47,403 nt of DNA from Candidatus Parvarchaeota archaeon (GCA_023380615.1 JAMCRO010000035.1:1-47403); one strand, 5' to 3'; positions 1-8,196 are shown, counted from the first letter of the stretch. A program made the numbers and translations. Notes: generated by a model not told the origin, from the sequence alone.

Positions 1-84
1 GTCTCAAGTTCGAATGCAAGAGACATATTGGCAAAGGCTATGAACGAAGCCAATGCATTAAATAAAGTAATAGGAGGCAAATAA
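1..84 (+). CDS. 3' end of upstream gene, possibly ribosomal stalk protein P0 (L10) by conserved operon order
   Basis: Frame 1 is open from the window edge to TAA at 82-84 (..SSSNARDILAKAMNEANALNKVIGGK*). It lies directly upstream of the P1 gene, and a GGAGG for P1 sits inside its last codons. Only 27 codons are visible. Confidence 0.35.
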   Translation, partial: VSSSNARDILAKAMNEANALNKVIGGK

Positions 85-86
85 AT

Positions 87-386
87 ATGGAGTATGTATA
101 CGCTGCAATGTTATTGAATAGCTTAGGCAAAGAGATTACTGAGGATTCACTTAAAAGTGTGATTGCCTCAACGGGTGCACAACCTGATGATGCTCAAATA
201 AAAGTAGTGGTTTCTGCATTAAAAGGAGTAGATATAAACAAAATAATAGAAGAAGCACAGAATGCGCAAGTGGCTCAGGCCCCTGCTGCACAGCCAAGCA
301 AAGAAGCAAAGAAAGAAGAACCGCACAAAGATGAAGGTAAGACTGCAGAAGAAGCAGCCGCTGGTTTAAGCAGTCTTTTCGGCTGA
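87..386 (+). CDS. rpl12: 50S ribosomal stalk protein P1 (L12P)
   Basis: N-terminal MEYVYAAMLL dimerisation helix, Ala/Pro/Lys/Glu-rich hinge and the conserved C-terminal GLSSLFG tail. GGAGG lies about 9 nt upstream of the ATG. Confidence 0.92.
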   Translation: MEYVYAAMLLNSLGKEITEDSLKSVIASTGAQPDDAQIKVVVSALKGVDINKIIEEAQNAQVAQAPAAQPSKEAKKEEPHKDEGKTAEEAAAGLSSLFG

Positions 387-434
387 AAAATCTATTTGTA
401 GAAAGATAAATAGTTTAAAGTATTAGATTAACGT

Positions 435-1211
435 ATGGTAGTATTAGTTACCAATGATGACGGTTACAAGACAGAAGGACTGCACACTTTATATAGGGCG
501 GCTAAAAAAGTTTTCGGTCCGGAAGTAATGGTTGTTTCGCCTGACAAACTCCAAAGCTCAAGTGGAATGAGTTTTACCTTCCATAAGCCTTTGCGGGTTG
601 AAAAAATAAACTACAACGGAATGCCTTGTTACACTGTATCTGGAACTCCTGCCGACTGTGTTTTCATGTCAATTTACCATCTTTTCAAACAAAAGGTTTC
701 AATGGTATTATCGGGAATAAATGAAGGAATGAATGCAGGACTAGAGACAGTATATTCCTCCGGTACAATATCCGCAGCGATGTTCGCCGCTATCTCTGAA
801 ATACCAAGTGTAGCGTTCTCAAAGAATCTGTCACAGGATATGAATCAAGCTGAAATAGACAAAAACATGACTAATTCGTATGAAAGTGTAGTTAAGATAC
901 TCAAAAACATAAAGACAAAGGGATTTCCAAAAAACATTGACATGATAAATATAAACCTTCCGCTAAAAATAAGCAAAAAAACCGAAATAAAGATAGCCAA
1001 GACGGACAAACGGGTTTTTGATGATGTGGTTGTAAAAAAGAAGGATCCAAATGGCAAGGATTATTACTGGCTGTATGGAACGCTTAGAAAAGATTTGGAC
1101 AAAAACGCGGATCTCTATAATTTATTTGATGGAAAGATAACTGTTACCCCCATAAAACTTTCAACCGTAGAAGAAATCCACCTTAAAACTTTAAGCAGTA
1201 TATTTACATAA
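435..1211 (+). CDS. surE: 5'/3'-nucleotidase SurE
   Basis: N-terminal LVTNDDG motif, followed by SSSGMSFT..PLR, typical of the SurE family. Confidence 0.9.
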   Translation: MVVLVTNDDGYKTEGLHTLYRAAKKVFGPEVMVVSPDKLQSSSGMSFTFHKPLRVEKINYNGMPCYTVSGTPADCVFMSIYHLFKQKVSMVLSGINEGMNAGLETVYSSGTISAAMFAAISEIPSVAFSKNLSQDMNQAEIDKNMTNSYESVVKILKNIKTKGFPKNIDMININLPLKISKKTEIKIAKTDKRVFDDVVVKKKDPNGKDYYWLYGTLRKDLDKNADLYNLFDGKITVTPIKLSTVEEIHLKTLSSIFT

Positions 1212-1248
1212 ACATAGTTTATTATTCTTGAGTATTTTATTATTGGAT

Positions 1249-2388
1249 ATGGATAAAAAAAGGGAAATTTTGTTGTTAGCAGGCGCAATTGTAGTGGTAT
1301 TCCTTGTATACTTCCTTTTTTTCTATAATAGTGGAAAAGTCAATTCTGTAAATGACGCCCAGAATTCTATTAACATTTTTTACAGCAGCTGCGGTTCATG
1401 TAGCAATAACGCTCTAAACATCATTTATACCTTATTCAGTTCAGACAAATCTACATTAAAAACAGAAAATGTATCTTTTAACAGTTCTGAGGGGGTTTCA
1501 ATGGTCTCAAACTACTCCGTTACTGCACTACCAACAATGATAATAAATGAAACCAACAGTTCAGAAAACGTACTTGAAAGCTTAGTTTACTTGAATGTAT
1601 TTAACACAGAAGGAAACAAATTTGTACTTAACACCCCGTTTTTAGCAGGCCTCACAAAAGGCATAACATATTTTGATCTTATACAGGGAAAGGAAATAAC
1701 TGCATTTGACATATTTAATCAATCGAAAATATACAACAACACAAATGAAAACGTGGTTAATCCTTCCCAAATACTTTATTTATTCAACGGTAGCCAGTAT
1801 ACCTCAAAAAACAAAACATTGATAAGCTTTATTTACAGCAACTCAAGTTTCAGCGCAGTACAAAGCATGATACTCTACCAAGCTCTGACTGCATTCGGCA
1901 ACTTCAGTAATCTAAATGTTATGACATCTCCACTAATTTCATTTTCAACCGGAGAAACGCTTGGGAACACGCAGTTTTATCAAATAAACGGCAGCCGATA
2001 TGAAAGCTCTTATTTTGCCATAGAATCATCAAGTCTGGAAAACCTAAGCTCAAGTAAATATGTAAATACGCTTGAAAAAGAGTTGTTTGAGTTTGACCAG
2101 AATTCTGCTTACCCTTTTTTTAGCAATCTGGGCAATTTTATGCCATTTATTGATATAGGGGGCAGATACGTAGAGGTATCTTCCATGATAAACCCGATAA
2201 TTTTCGAAAATGATAACATAAACCAGATACAACAACTTATAAAAACCAACCAAACTGTAGGTAAAGCATTTAATGACAGTGTTTATTTTATGCAGACTCT
2301 TCTATGCAGTTACATAAATTACAATGAAAGCCCTTGTAATTCCATTCAGATAAAGAACGATCTAAAACAAATAAATTTACTTACTTAA
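1249..2388 (+). CDS. N-terminally membrane-anchored, Asn-rich extracytoplasmic protein; DUF929-like thioredoxin-fold region with degenerate CxxC
   Basis: One N-terminal TM helix (ILLLAGAIVVVFLVYFLFF) and many N-x-S/T sequons. The segment SSFSAVQSMILYQALTAFGNFSNL resembles, from memory, the archaeal DUF929 motif (WCPYCAAERWAL..ALSRFGNFS). The ORF track starts at TTG 1228; ATG 1249 is preferred. Confidence 0.5.
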   Translation: MDKKREILLLAGAIVVVFLVYFLFFYNSGKVNSVNDAQNSINIFYSSCGSCSNNALNIIYTLFSSDKSTLKTENVSFNSSEGVSMVSNYSVTALPTMIINETNSSENVLESLVYLNVFNTEGNKFVLNTPFLAGLTKGITYFDLIQGKEITAFDIFNQSKIYNNTNENVVNPSQILYLFNGSQYTSKNKTLISFIYSNSSFSAVQSMILYQALTAFGNFSNLNVMTSPLISFSTGETLGNTQFYQINGSRYESSYFAIESSSLENLSSSKYVNTLEKELFEFDQNSAYPFFSNLGNFMPFIDIGGRYVEVSSMINPIIFENDNINQIQQLIKTNQTVGKAFNDSVYFMQTLLCSYINYNESPCNSIQIKNDLKQINLLT

Positions 2389-3066
2389 TCCTTTAACAAG
2401 ATCGTTTATAACAGATTTGTAGTCATCCGTTTTAAGTATGCCTGATGCCACAAGAAGGCCATCACTTCCAAGCTCAATGCTTTTTTCTGCATCCTCTTTT
2501 CCTTTAACGCCAGCGCCTATCAATGCAAGAGACTCGGAATTTTGCTTCACCAAAGTGCAGAATTCTTTTACAATCTCTGGTTTTGAATTTGAAACAGATA
2601 CATTTCCACCTATTAATTCAGGAGGCTCGTATGCTATTCCTGTCGGCTTTATCTTTAATACTTCTCTTGCTTCTTCTAAATTCTGCACGCATACAAAGAA
2701 GCCCATGCCTGAAGCAGCGCATTTGTCAACTGCCATTTTTAGAGCAACGTAGTCAACCGGCCCATTTTTTGAAGAAGTGCATCTATTTTCAGAATGGTTT
2801 AAGAGCGTGCCTGCCACCCCCGCTTGTTTTAATTCAAACCAAGTTACATGACCGGTAAAGGCACCAGGATCCACTTCATTTACTCCTTGTGCTATGGTTT
2901 TAGATATTTTTGCTATATCCCTCAAAAGTGTAAAGGGCGGAGAAACTATGATGCTTACATCAGAAGTTTTTGCTAGCTCGTCAGAGTATTTTGCTATATC
3001 AAGGCCATTTGTAAATGCTTCTTTGTATGCCTTATAGTTTATTATTAGAGTTTTCATATTCATCAA
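2377..3066 (-). CDS. tpiA: Triosephosphate isomerase, archaeal type
   Basis: LIINYKAY N-terminus with the catalytic Lys, LLNHSENR, IAYEPPELIG and GAGV motifs; about 225 aa, the archaeal TIM length. Confidence 0.9.
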   Translation of the reverse strand: MMNMKTLIINYKAYKEAFTNGLDIAKYSDELAKTSDVSIIVSPPFTLLRDIAKISKTIAQGVNEVDPGAFTGHVTWFELKQAGVAGTLLNHSENRCTSSKNGPVDYVALKMAVDKCAASGMGFFVCVQNLEEAREVLKIKPTGIAYEPPELIGGNVSVSNSKPEIVKEFCTLVKQNSESLALIGAGVKGKEDAEKSIELGSDGLLVASGILKTDDYKSVINDLVKGLSK

Positions 3067-3877
3067 TAAAATAACAACCTCTTGCTACATAAAACTTTCC
3101 CCTACTTATTTTTATTGTTATTTTTTTCCTTATTCTCCTGTCGTTTATTACGCTGTAAACGCTTTCTTTCATGAACTTCCAGGAGTTGACAAAACTTCCG
3201 CCGATTACTATTATCTCCGGATCCAGTATCAACATCATAGAAGAAAGATATAAACCGAATGTTCTGCCGATTTCCTCAAATGCCTTCAAAGCATTTTTAT
3301 CTCCTTTCTCTGCAAGCTTATGTAACTCCAAACCGTTGATGCCGTAAATCTGTTTTATGCTTTTTCCTCCTATCGCATTTTCTATGTCTTTTCCAGTGTT
3401 ATAATCGTAAATCATGTGCCCTGATTCAGTAGCAAATCCCCCTCCTTTGTAGATTTTTCCAGAATATATTATTGAGCTGCCAATGCCTGTTCCCCACACC
3501 ACTGCCAAGCCACTTTTATATTTTTTCAGACTGCTGGTATACAACTGATATATACCAAAGCAGTTTCCATCATTTTCTACTGTAATTTTCCTTGAAAAAC
3601 TCTTCATAAACTTAATAAAATTAAAGCCCAATAACGGCAGATTCGGTGAGAATATGACTTTACCATTATTATCAACCCTGCCCGCGATGGAAACGTTTAT
3701 TATTCCATTGGAGAATTCTAGATAATTCTTTATATTGTCACTTAATGCTTTTAGGAATAAATCCTTTGATTTTGGAGTATCTATCCTTTTGCTTTTTATT
3801 ATATGCCCAGGCCTGTCAATTATTGCGAATATAATTTTTGTGCCGCCTATGTCTATGCACAATTTGCCTTTTGCCAT
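3032..3877 (-). CDS. ROK-family sugar kinase (probable glucokinase/hexokinase)
   Basis: CIDIGGTKI phosphate-1 motif, ENDGNCF, WGTGIGSS and ESGHM motifs. The start overlaps the FBA stop (TAATG). Confidence 0.85.
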   Translation of the reverse strand: MAKGKLCIDIGGTKIIFAIIDRPGHIIKSKRIDTPKSKDLFLKALSDNIKNYLEFSNGIINVSIAGRVDNNGKVIFSPNLPLLGFNFIKFMKSFSRKITVENDGNCFGIYQLYTSSLKKYKSGLAVVWGTGIGSSIIYSGKIYKGGGFATESGHMIYDYNTGKDIENAIGGKSIKQIYGINGLELHKLAEKGDKNALKAFEEIGRTFGLYLSSMMLILDPEIIVIGGSFVNSWKFMKESVYSVINDRRIRKKITIKISRGKFYVARGCYFIDEYENSNNKL

Positions 3878-4623
3878 TAATCTTTTAATACGCTTTTTAT
3901 TTCCTTTATTCTTTCTACAGGATTATCACTTTGCCAGATATTTCTGCCTATTGCTATTCCGCTAAACCCAGCGCCGATTGCTTTCTTGACATGTTGCTCG
4001 ATATTTTCTGTATCCAATTTCTTGCCGCCTGCTAAGAAAACTTTTGTTTTATCGGCAGATTTTACCACCCATTCTAATTTTGAGTCGTCATCTGGATACT
4101 TCAATTTGACTATATCCGCTCCCATCTCAAAGGCCGCCCTTGCTGCATAAGAAACTATTTCGGGAGACTCATCATCCTGTATGTTTTTACCTCGTGGATA
4201 AGACCACATTATGACTGGTAAACCGATAGAATGCGCTTCTTCTTCTATTTTACCGAATTCCCGGACCATATATTTTTCATATTTGCTTCCCCAATATACT
4301 GTGTAACCGACTGCAGCCGCCCCTATTTTTACTGCCTCTGAAACGCTAGTATTCTGTGTTGAGAAAGGTTCTCCACCGTATAATCTTGTTTTGCCGTTTA
4401 ACTTAAGTATCAGCGGTATATTTATTTCCTTTTTATTGTAATAGTGCATTGCGCTTCCTTTTAAAAGTATAAGTGCATCAACTTCTGCCTTCTTGGCTAA
4501 GTCTACTATGTATTTTGGAGAGACATTAAGTTCGTTAAAATCAGTTGGGCCGTGCTCAAGCCCATGATCATAGGCTAAAAAGACCCCTCTCAGCGGTAAT
4601 TTTTCCATGCTAATTGTAAACAT
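3877..4623 (-). CDS. fba: Class I fructose-bisphosphate aldolase, archaeal type (DhnA/FbaB family)
   Basis: LAYDHGLEHGP N-terminal motif, ILKLNG (Schiff-base Lys region) and VKLKYP, typical of archaeal class IA aldolases. The related ADH synthase cannot be fully excluded. Confidence 0.8.
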   Translation of the reverse strand: MFTISMEKLPLRGVFLAYDHGLEHGPTDFNELNVSPKYIVDLAKKAEVDALILLKGSAMHYYNKKEINIPLILKLNGKTRLYGGEPFSTQNTSVSEAVKIGAAAVGYTVYWGSKYEKYMVREFGKIEEEAHSIGLPVIMWSYPRGKNIQDDESPEIVSYAARAAFEMGADIVKLKYPDDDSKLEWVVKSADKTKVFLAGGKKLDTENIEQHVKKAIGAGFSGIAIGRNIWQSDNPVERIKEIKSVLKD

Positions 4624-4630
4624 TTAGTTA

Positions 4631-5620
4631 TTATATAACTATCTTGCTCTTTGCTATTCTCAATTTCATATTTTCGAGAGGATATCTGCCAGTTATCCCT
4701 TCTTTTGCTCCATATTTCTGTATAACGTTGCTGGCGTTAAAACTTCCCGCAGTTATAGCCTGTTCTATGTCATTATTGTCATCGATGGCATTGATAAATG
4801 CAGATAAAAATGCATCCCCTGCACCGACAAAATTTATCTGCTTTGCTTTAAAAGTGTTGGCTATGTAAAGATTCTCTTTGGATAAAACAAGTGATCCTTT
4901 GTCCCCTTTTGTTATTATTGCCATTTCATTTACATATTCAGATAATTTCGAAAGATTATTTACATCATTTGCATATCCTACAAAAGTTTTAGCTTCATCG
5001 TCGTTCATACTTATTATATCCACGTACTTTAACACTGGGGCCATTTTCTTTAACTTTAAATTCAATTCAATCGAACCGGGATTAAGAACGGTTCTCATGT
5101 CATTTGCCTTAGCAAACTTCAAAACGTTAAAAAGAAGGTCTGTATTTTTACATGGTAAAGGCCCAATATAAAGCCACTTCGACTTAAAATCAAGATGTAT
5201 ATCTTCTAACGATAAAGTACTTTCTATACCGCGATGTATCAACAGAATCATATCGCCACTTGACGACACAACTATGTTTGAGAAAGGCGTTTCTCCGTTT
5301 GACACTTTTATAAGTTCAGTACTTATCTTCCGCTTGTTTAAATCATTCATCACAAACTGGCCATATTCATCGTTGCCTATCTTTGCTATAACCGCAGATT
5401 TCTTGCCGAAAGCAGAGAACGTAGCCGCTGCATTTGTCGCGCTTCCGCCGCTGAATTCTAGAACTTTGTTTACATCTATTTTCTTATCGGTAGGTATCTC
5501 AAGAAAATGCTTGTTTACTCCTGGTTTAAGTAATGCCTTGTCTAGAAACAGAAATGTATCTTTCGTTGCAGAACCCAAAGTAACAAAATCGAACATATCT
5601 TTATTGTTGTTTTCAATCAA
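4631..5620 (-). CDS. PfkB-family carbohydrate kinase (candidate ATP-dependent phosphofructokinase by context)
   Basis: GGSATN and C-terminal GAGDAF motifs of the ribokinase/PfkB superfamily. It heads the FBA-ROK-TIM operon. Substrate assignment is inference. Confidence 0.8.
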   Translation of the reverse strand: MIENNNKDMFDFVTLGSATKDTFLFLDKALLKPGVNKHFLEIPTDKKIDVNKVLEFSGGSATNAAATFSAFGKKSAVIAKIGNDEYGQFVMNDLNKRKISTELIKVSNGETPFSNIVVSSSGDMILLIHRGIESTLSLEDIHLDFKSKWLYIGPLPCKNTDLLFNVLKFAKANDMRTVLNPGSIELNLKLKKMAPVLKYVDIISMNDDEAKTFVGYANDVNNLSKLSEYVNEMAIITKGDKGSLVLSKENLYIANTFKAKQINFVGAGDAFLSAFINAIDDNNDIEQAITAGSFNASNVIQKYGAKEGITGRYPLENMKLRIAKSKIVI

Positions 5621-5643
5621 TAAAAATATTTGCCGCCACGCTT

Positions 5644-5958
5644 TTACTGTGCTTTTTTGTCCTTATCCTGAATACTCTGTAGCCTATTGGTCAATTCATC
5701 TATCGACTTGGAAGAAGCTTTTAATCTAAAATCTATTATTTCCGATTTATCTTTAAGGTCTTTTAATATCTCATTTTTTTCTTTCTTAATCAATATCTGG
5801 CCTGACAATTGAAATAGATCAGAAGCATCCTGTGTTTTTTCAACCTCTTCTATTGTGCGCTTTAATTCATTGTACTGTAGCTGCAGAGTCTGTTTCTGCG
5901 TTGTCTCGACCTGCAAACGTTGTCTAAGTTCCTCAAATTCTTCTTCATTCATATTCAT
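5644..5958 (-). CDS. pfdB: Prefoldin beta subunit
   Basis: About 100 aa with two heptad coiled-coil arms flanking a central beta hairpin (LFQLSGQILIKKEK). Sits in the conserved position next to Pcc1. Confidence 0.85.
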   Translation of the reverse strand: MNMNEEEFEELRQRLQVETTQKQTLQLQYNELKRTIEEVEKTQDASDLFQLSGQILIKKEKNEILKDLKDKSEIIDFRLKASSKSIDELTNRLQSIQDKDKKAQ

Positions 5959-6193
5959 TTATTGTCTCCAGCATTTTTATTGATTGCATTATACTATTGT
6001 TTACTGCAAGAAGCATATTGAAGTCATTTGCATTTATAGTTATACCTAAATTGTCTGATTTTAACTTTATTTGTGTCTTTACTCTTCTATCATTTGTAAC
6101 ATTGTAGGATAGAGCATGAAAAAGGTTGCGCAAAAGATTTTTGTCAAGCGTTAATCTTATGCTAGCGCTGAATGGATTACCTTGCTTTGACAT
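5945..6193 (-). CDS. pcc1: KEOPS complex subunit Pcc1-like
   Basis: 82 aa; ASIRLTL N-terminal strand and ITINANDFNMLLAVNNSIMQSIKMLETI C-terminal helix pattern. Conserved L37Ae-RpoP-Pcc1-prefoldin neighbourhood. Confidence 0.65.
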   Translation of the reverse strand: MSKQGNPFSASIRLTLDKNLLRNLFHALSYNVTNDRRVKTQIKLKSDNLGITINANDFNMLLAVNNSIMQSIKMLETINEYE

Positions 6194-6317
6194 GGTGTCC
6201 TCCTTCGGGTTTTTTCTTTATTAAAACCCTACCGCCACAATAAGGACATCTAACTATATCTCCTACCTCAGATGAATCCACAGTAGCTCCACAATTAAAA
6301 CATTTGTATTTTGACAT
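6177..6317 (-). CDS. rpoP: DNA-directed RNA polymerase subunit P (Rpo12)
   Basis: Not in the ORF track (46 aa). Hand translation: MSKYKCFNCGATVDSSEVGDIVRCPYCGGRVLIKKKPEGGHHVKAR. It has a CxxC..CPYCG zinc ribbon and a ..VKAR C-terminus like other archaeal RpoP. The 3' end overlaps the pcc1 start. Confidence 0.8.
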   Translation of the reverse strand: MSKYKCFNCGATVDSSEVGDIVRCPYCGGRVLIKKKPEGGHHVKAR

Positions 6318-6318
6318 T

Positions 6319-6513
6319 TTATATCACCTTTGAACTTAAGTTATAAGCATTATCTGCAATTACTAACCCGCAATGTTTGCATTTCCATATACCTGAGGAC
6401 TGACGCCTTATCGAAAGCTTTTTACACCTAGGACAAGCATATTTTTCGGATCTCTGCTGCTTTATTGCATCAATCCTTTTCCTTACACCTACACCGTATT
6501 TGGCAGTTCTCAT
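6319..6513 (-). CDS. rpl37ae: 50S ribosomal protein L37Ae (eL43)
   Basis: RTAKYGVGVRKR N-terminus and a CPRC..CKHCG zinc ribbon. Confidence 0.9.
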   Translation of the reverse strand: MRTAKYGVGVRKRIDAIKQQRSEKYACPRCKKLSIRRQSSGIWKCKHCGLVIADNAYNLSSKVI

Positions 6514-6584
6514 ATCTCATCATTTATTACTTTTTTATATTTAAAGCTTAGTTTATTATATTATAGTATAAAATGTATTAAATC

Positions 6585-7565
6585 ATGACTATGAAAGCAA
6601 ATAAATTTAAATACGTTATTTTGTTGCTGACAGTATTTATAGTTTTAATTATGGTGGGAAAAGCCAATGCTCAGCCATATTCCCAGGTAAGTATATTTGA
6701 CAACATTACACAGGTATCAAATCTTTATTCATACTCAACTGTTCAGTATACTATAACAGTATACAATATATCTTCTTCCGAATTCAACATAAGCCTGCCT
6801 TCAAACATAGAGAATCTAACGGTTTTAAATGGATTAACGTTTAAAGTTTACCCTTCTACAGACTGTCATACGTTTTCAGTTTCGAGCGGCTGCATATTGG
6901 TAGGTTTATACGACGTAGTTCCTGGAAAGCCGATAAACTTACAGTATAATTATTATCAGAATTATAGCAATACAAACGGCTCCTTTAATTCAACAATATT
7001 CTTTCTTCCGTCCAGCTTTACCCATTCGTTGAGTATCAAAATGCTCCTACCAAGTGGTGCATACATACCGAGTGGTGCATATGAAGTACCAAGCTCGACT
7101 ATAACACCAATAGGCAACCGTTTTGAGGTATCTTGGAATTTAATAAACCAAAGCTACCCAAATATTACCGGATATTACATAAATCTGCCTTTTGCAATTG
7201 AATATAACTTAAAATTAGTAAGTAAGAAACCTTCAAATCAAAATTATTACGTATATATTATACCTATAATTGTAATTTTAGGAGTGGTAATCGTTTGGTA
7301 CTTTTATCGCACTAAATCCAAACAAAGTTCCTTAAAGAAGCCAAAGAAAAAATCGAATAAAAAATTTGTTACGGGGTTATTAAACCGTGATGAAAAGACG
7401 GTTTTGGCGGCTGTTGATAAGACCGGCTTTACTTACCAGGCCGATATAATAAAAAAGACAGGGTTCTCGAAGATAAAAGTCAGCAAGATCCTATCAAAAT
7501 TGACAAATTACAAACTTTTAAAAATAAAGCAAGAAGGAAGAGTAAATAAAGTGAAGAGGCTGTGA
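6585..7565 (+). CDS. Membrane-anchored transcriptional regulator-like protein: extracytoplasmic domain, one TM helix, cytoplasmic winged-helix domain
   Basis: Signal-like N-terminus (VILLLTVFIVLIMVGKANA), an Asn/Ser-rich domain of about 200 aa, a TM helix (YVYIIPIIVILGVVIVWYFY), a Lys-rich linker, then an MarR/ArsR-like wHTH (EKTVLAAV..FTYQADIIKKTGFSKIKVSKILSKL..LLKIKQEGRVNKV). Confidence 0.7.
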   Translation: MTMKANKFKYVILLLTVFIVLIMVGKANAQPYSQVSIFDNITQVSNLYSYSTVQYTITVYNISSSEFNISLPSNIENLTVLNGLTFKVYPSTDCHTFSVSSGCILVGLYDVVPGKPINLQYNYYQNYSNTNGSFNSTIFFLPSSFTHSLSIKMLLPSGAYIPSGAYEVPSSTITPIGNRFEVSWNLINQSYPNITGYYINLPFAIEYNLKLVSKKPSNQNYYVYIIPIIVILGVVIVWYFYRTKSKQSSLKKPKKKSNKKFVTGLLNRDEKTVLAAVDKTGFTYQADIIKKTGFSKIKVSKILSKLTNYKLLKIKQEGRVNKVKRL

Positions 7566-7567
7566 AA

Positions 7568-7900
7568 ATGTTTAACAAAATGAAGGGCTATCGTGCTGAA
7601 AGGAACGTAAAATTAAATTTCATAAAAAGGGGCTGGAAAGTAGTAAGAGCTGGCGGAAGCTTAGGTGAATACGACATAATAGCATTCAAAAACGGAATCT
7701 GCATTTTTTTGCAGATTAAATCAACAAACAAGCGTAAATTTTACTATTACGGCTATATGGATGACAAATATGCTGGATTTCCTTTCAGACTTGTTGTACA
7801 TTTCAGCAGGGGAAGAACGGTCATACTCCCCCCTAAAAAGACAATATCTGAAGACGAAGGCGAGGATATAGATGCTTTTATAGAAAAATTAGAAGGTTAA
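7568..7900 (+). CDS. hjc: Holliday junction resolvase Hjc-like (PD-(D/E)xK fold), with Gln in place of the second catalytic Glu
   Basis: KGYRAERNVKLNFIKRGWKVVRAGGSLGEYDIIAF..FLQIKST aligns with Hjc KG.AERE..L...G..V.R..GS...D..A...IEVK. The ORF track starts at GTG 7562, overlapping the upstream stop; ATG 7568 is preferred. Confidence 0.75.
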   Translation: MFNKMKGYRAERNVKLNFIKRGWKVVRAGGSLGEYDIIAFKNGICIFLQIKSTNKRKFYYYGYMDDKYAGFPFRLVVHFSRGRTVILPPKKTISEDEGEDIDAFIEKLEG

Positions 7901-7974
7901 CTGTTTCCAATAGTTTCCTGCAAATACTTTAATATAAACAAAATTAGAAAGGGATATGAGTTTTTTATTGAAGG

Positions 7975-8017
7975 GCAGTTTTTGGATACTCGGACTCAAA
8001 AACTGCTTTTTTATTTT
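7975..8017 (+). terminator. Perfect 10-bp stem hairpin followed by T-tracts between convergent hjc and sec61-beta genes
   Basis: GCAGTTTTTG (7975-7984) pairs perfectly with CAAAAACTGC (7997-8006), with a 12-nt loop. TTTTTTATTTTTT follows on the + strand. Confidence 0.35.
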
Positions 8018-8185
8018 TTAACTGCCAAATACTAATTTTATTCCGACTACTACTATAACTAAAATAATACCAAATATTATTACTGTTCTTGGCTTGATAG
8101 TTATCTTGCTCTTATAATCCGAATAGTACTGAACCAACCCTCCAAATGAGGAAGGCATCCTTGTCTGTGCTTTTTTATTTAACAT
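8018..8185 (-). CDS. sec61b: Preprotein translocase subunit Sec61 beta (archaeal SecG)
   Basis: Not in the ORF track (55 aa). Hand translation: MLNKKAQTRMPSSFGGLVQYYSDYKSKITIKPRTVIIFGIILVIVVVGIKLVFGS. It matches the Sec61-beta pattern (SS.GL..Y......I.I.P..V plus a C-terminal TM helix). Confidence 0.7.
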   Translation of the reverse strand: MLNKKAQTRMPSSFGGLVQYYSDYKSKITIKPRTVIIFGIILVIVVVGIKLVFGS

Positions 8186-8196
8186 AATTTTATATT

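Noticed and set aside
2438-2858. 104-aa and 111-aa + strand ORFs inside tpiA; similar shadows at 845..1057, 2050..2253, 4644..5729, 16430..16852, 17183..18625 and 24096..26664
   Set aside because: All lie opposite confidently identified enzymes and have no family resemblance.
7053-7088. 18-bp tandem near-duplication (AGTGGTGCATA.. twice) giving PSGAYIPSGAYEVP in the membrane wHTH protein
   Set aside because: It is a single in-frame duplication of six codons that diverges after 11 nt. It is a minor slippage event, not a repeat array.
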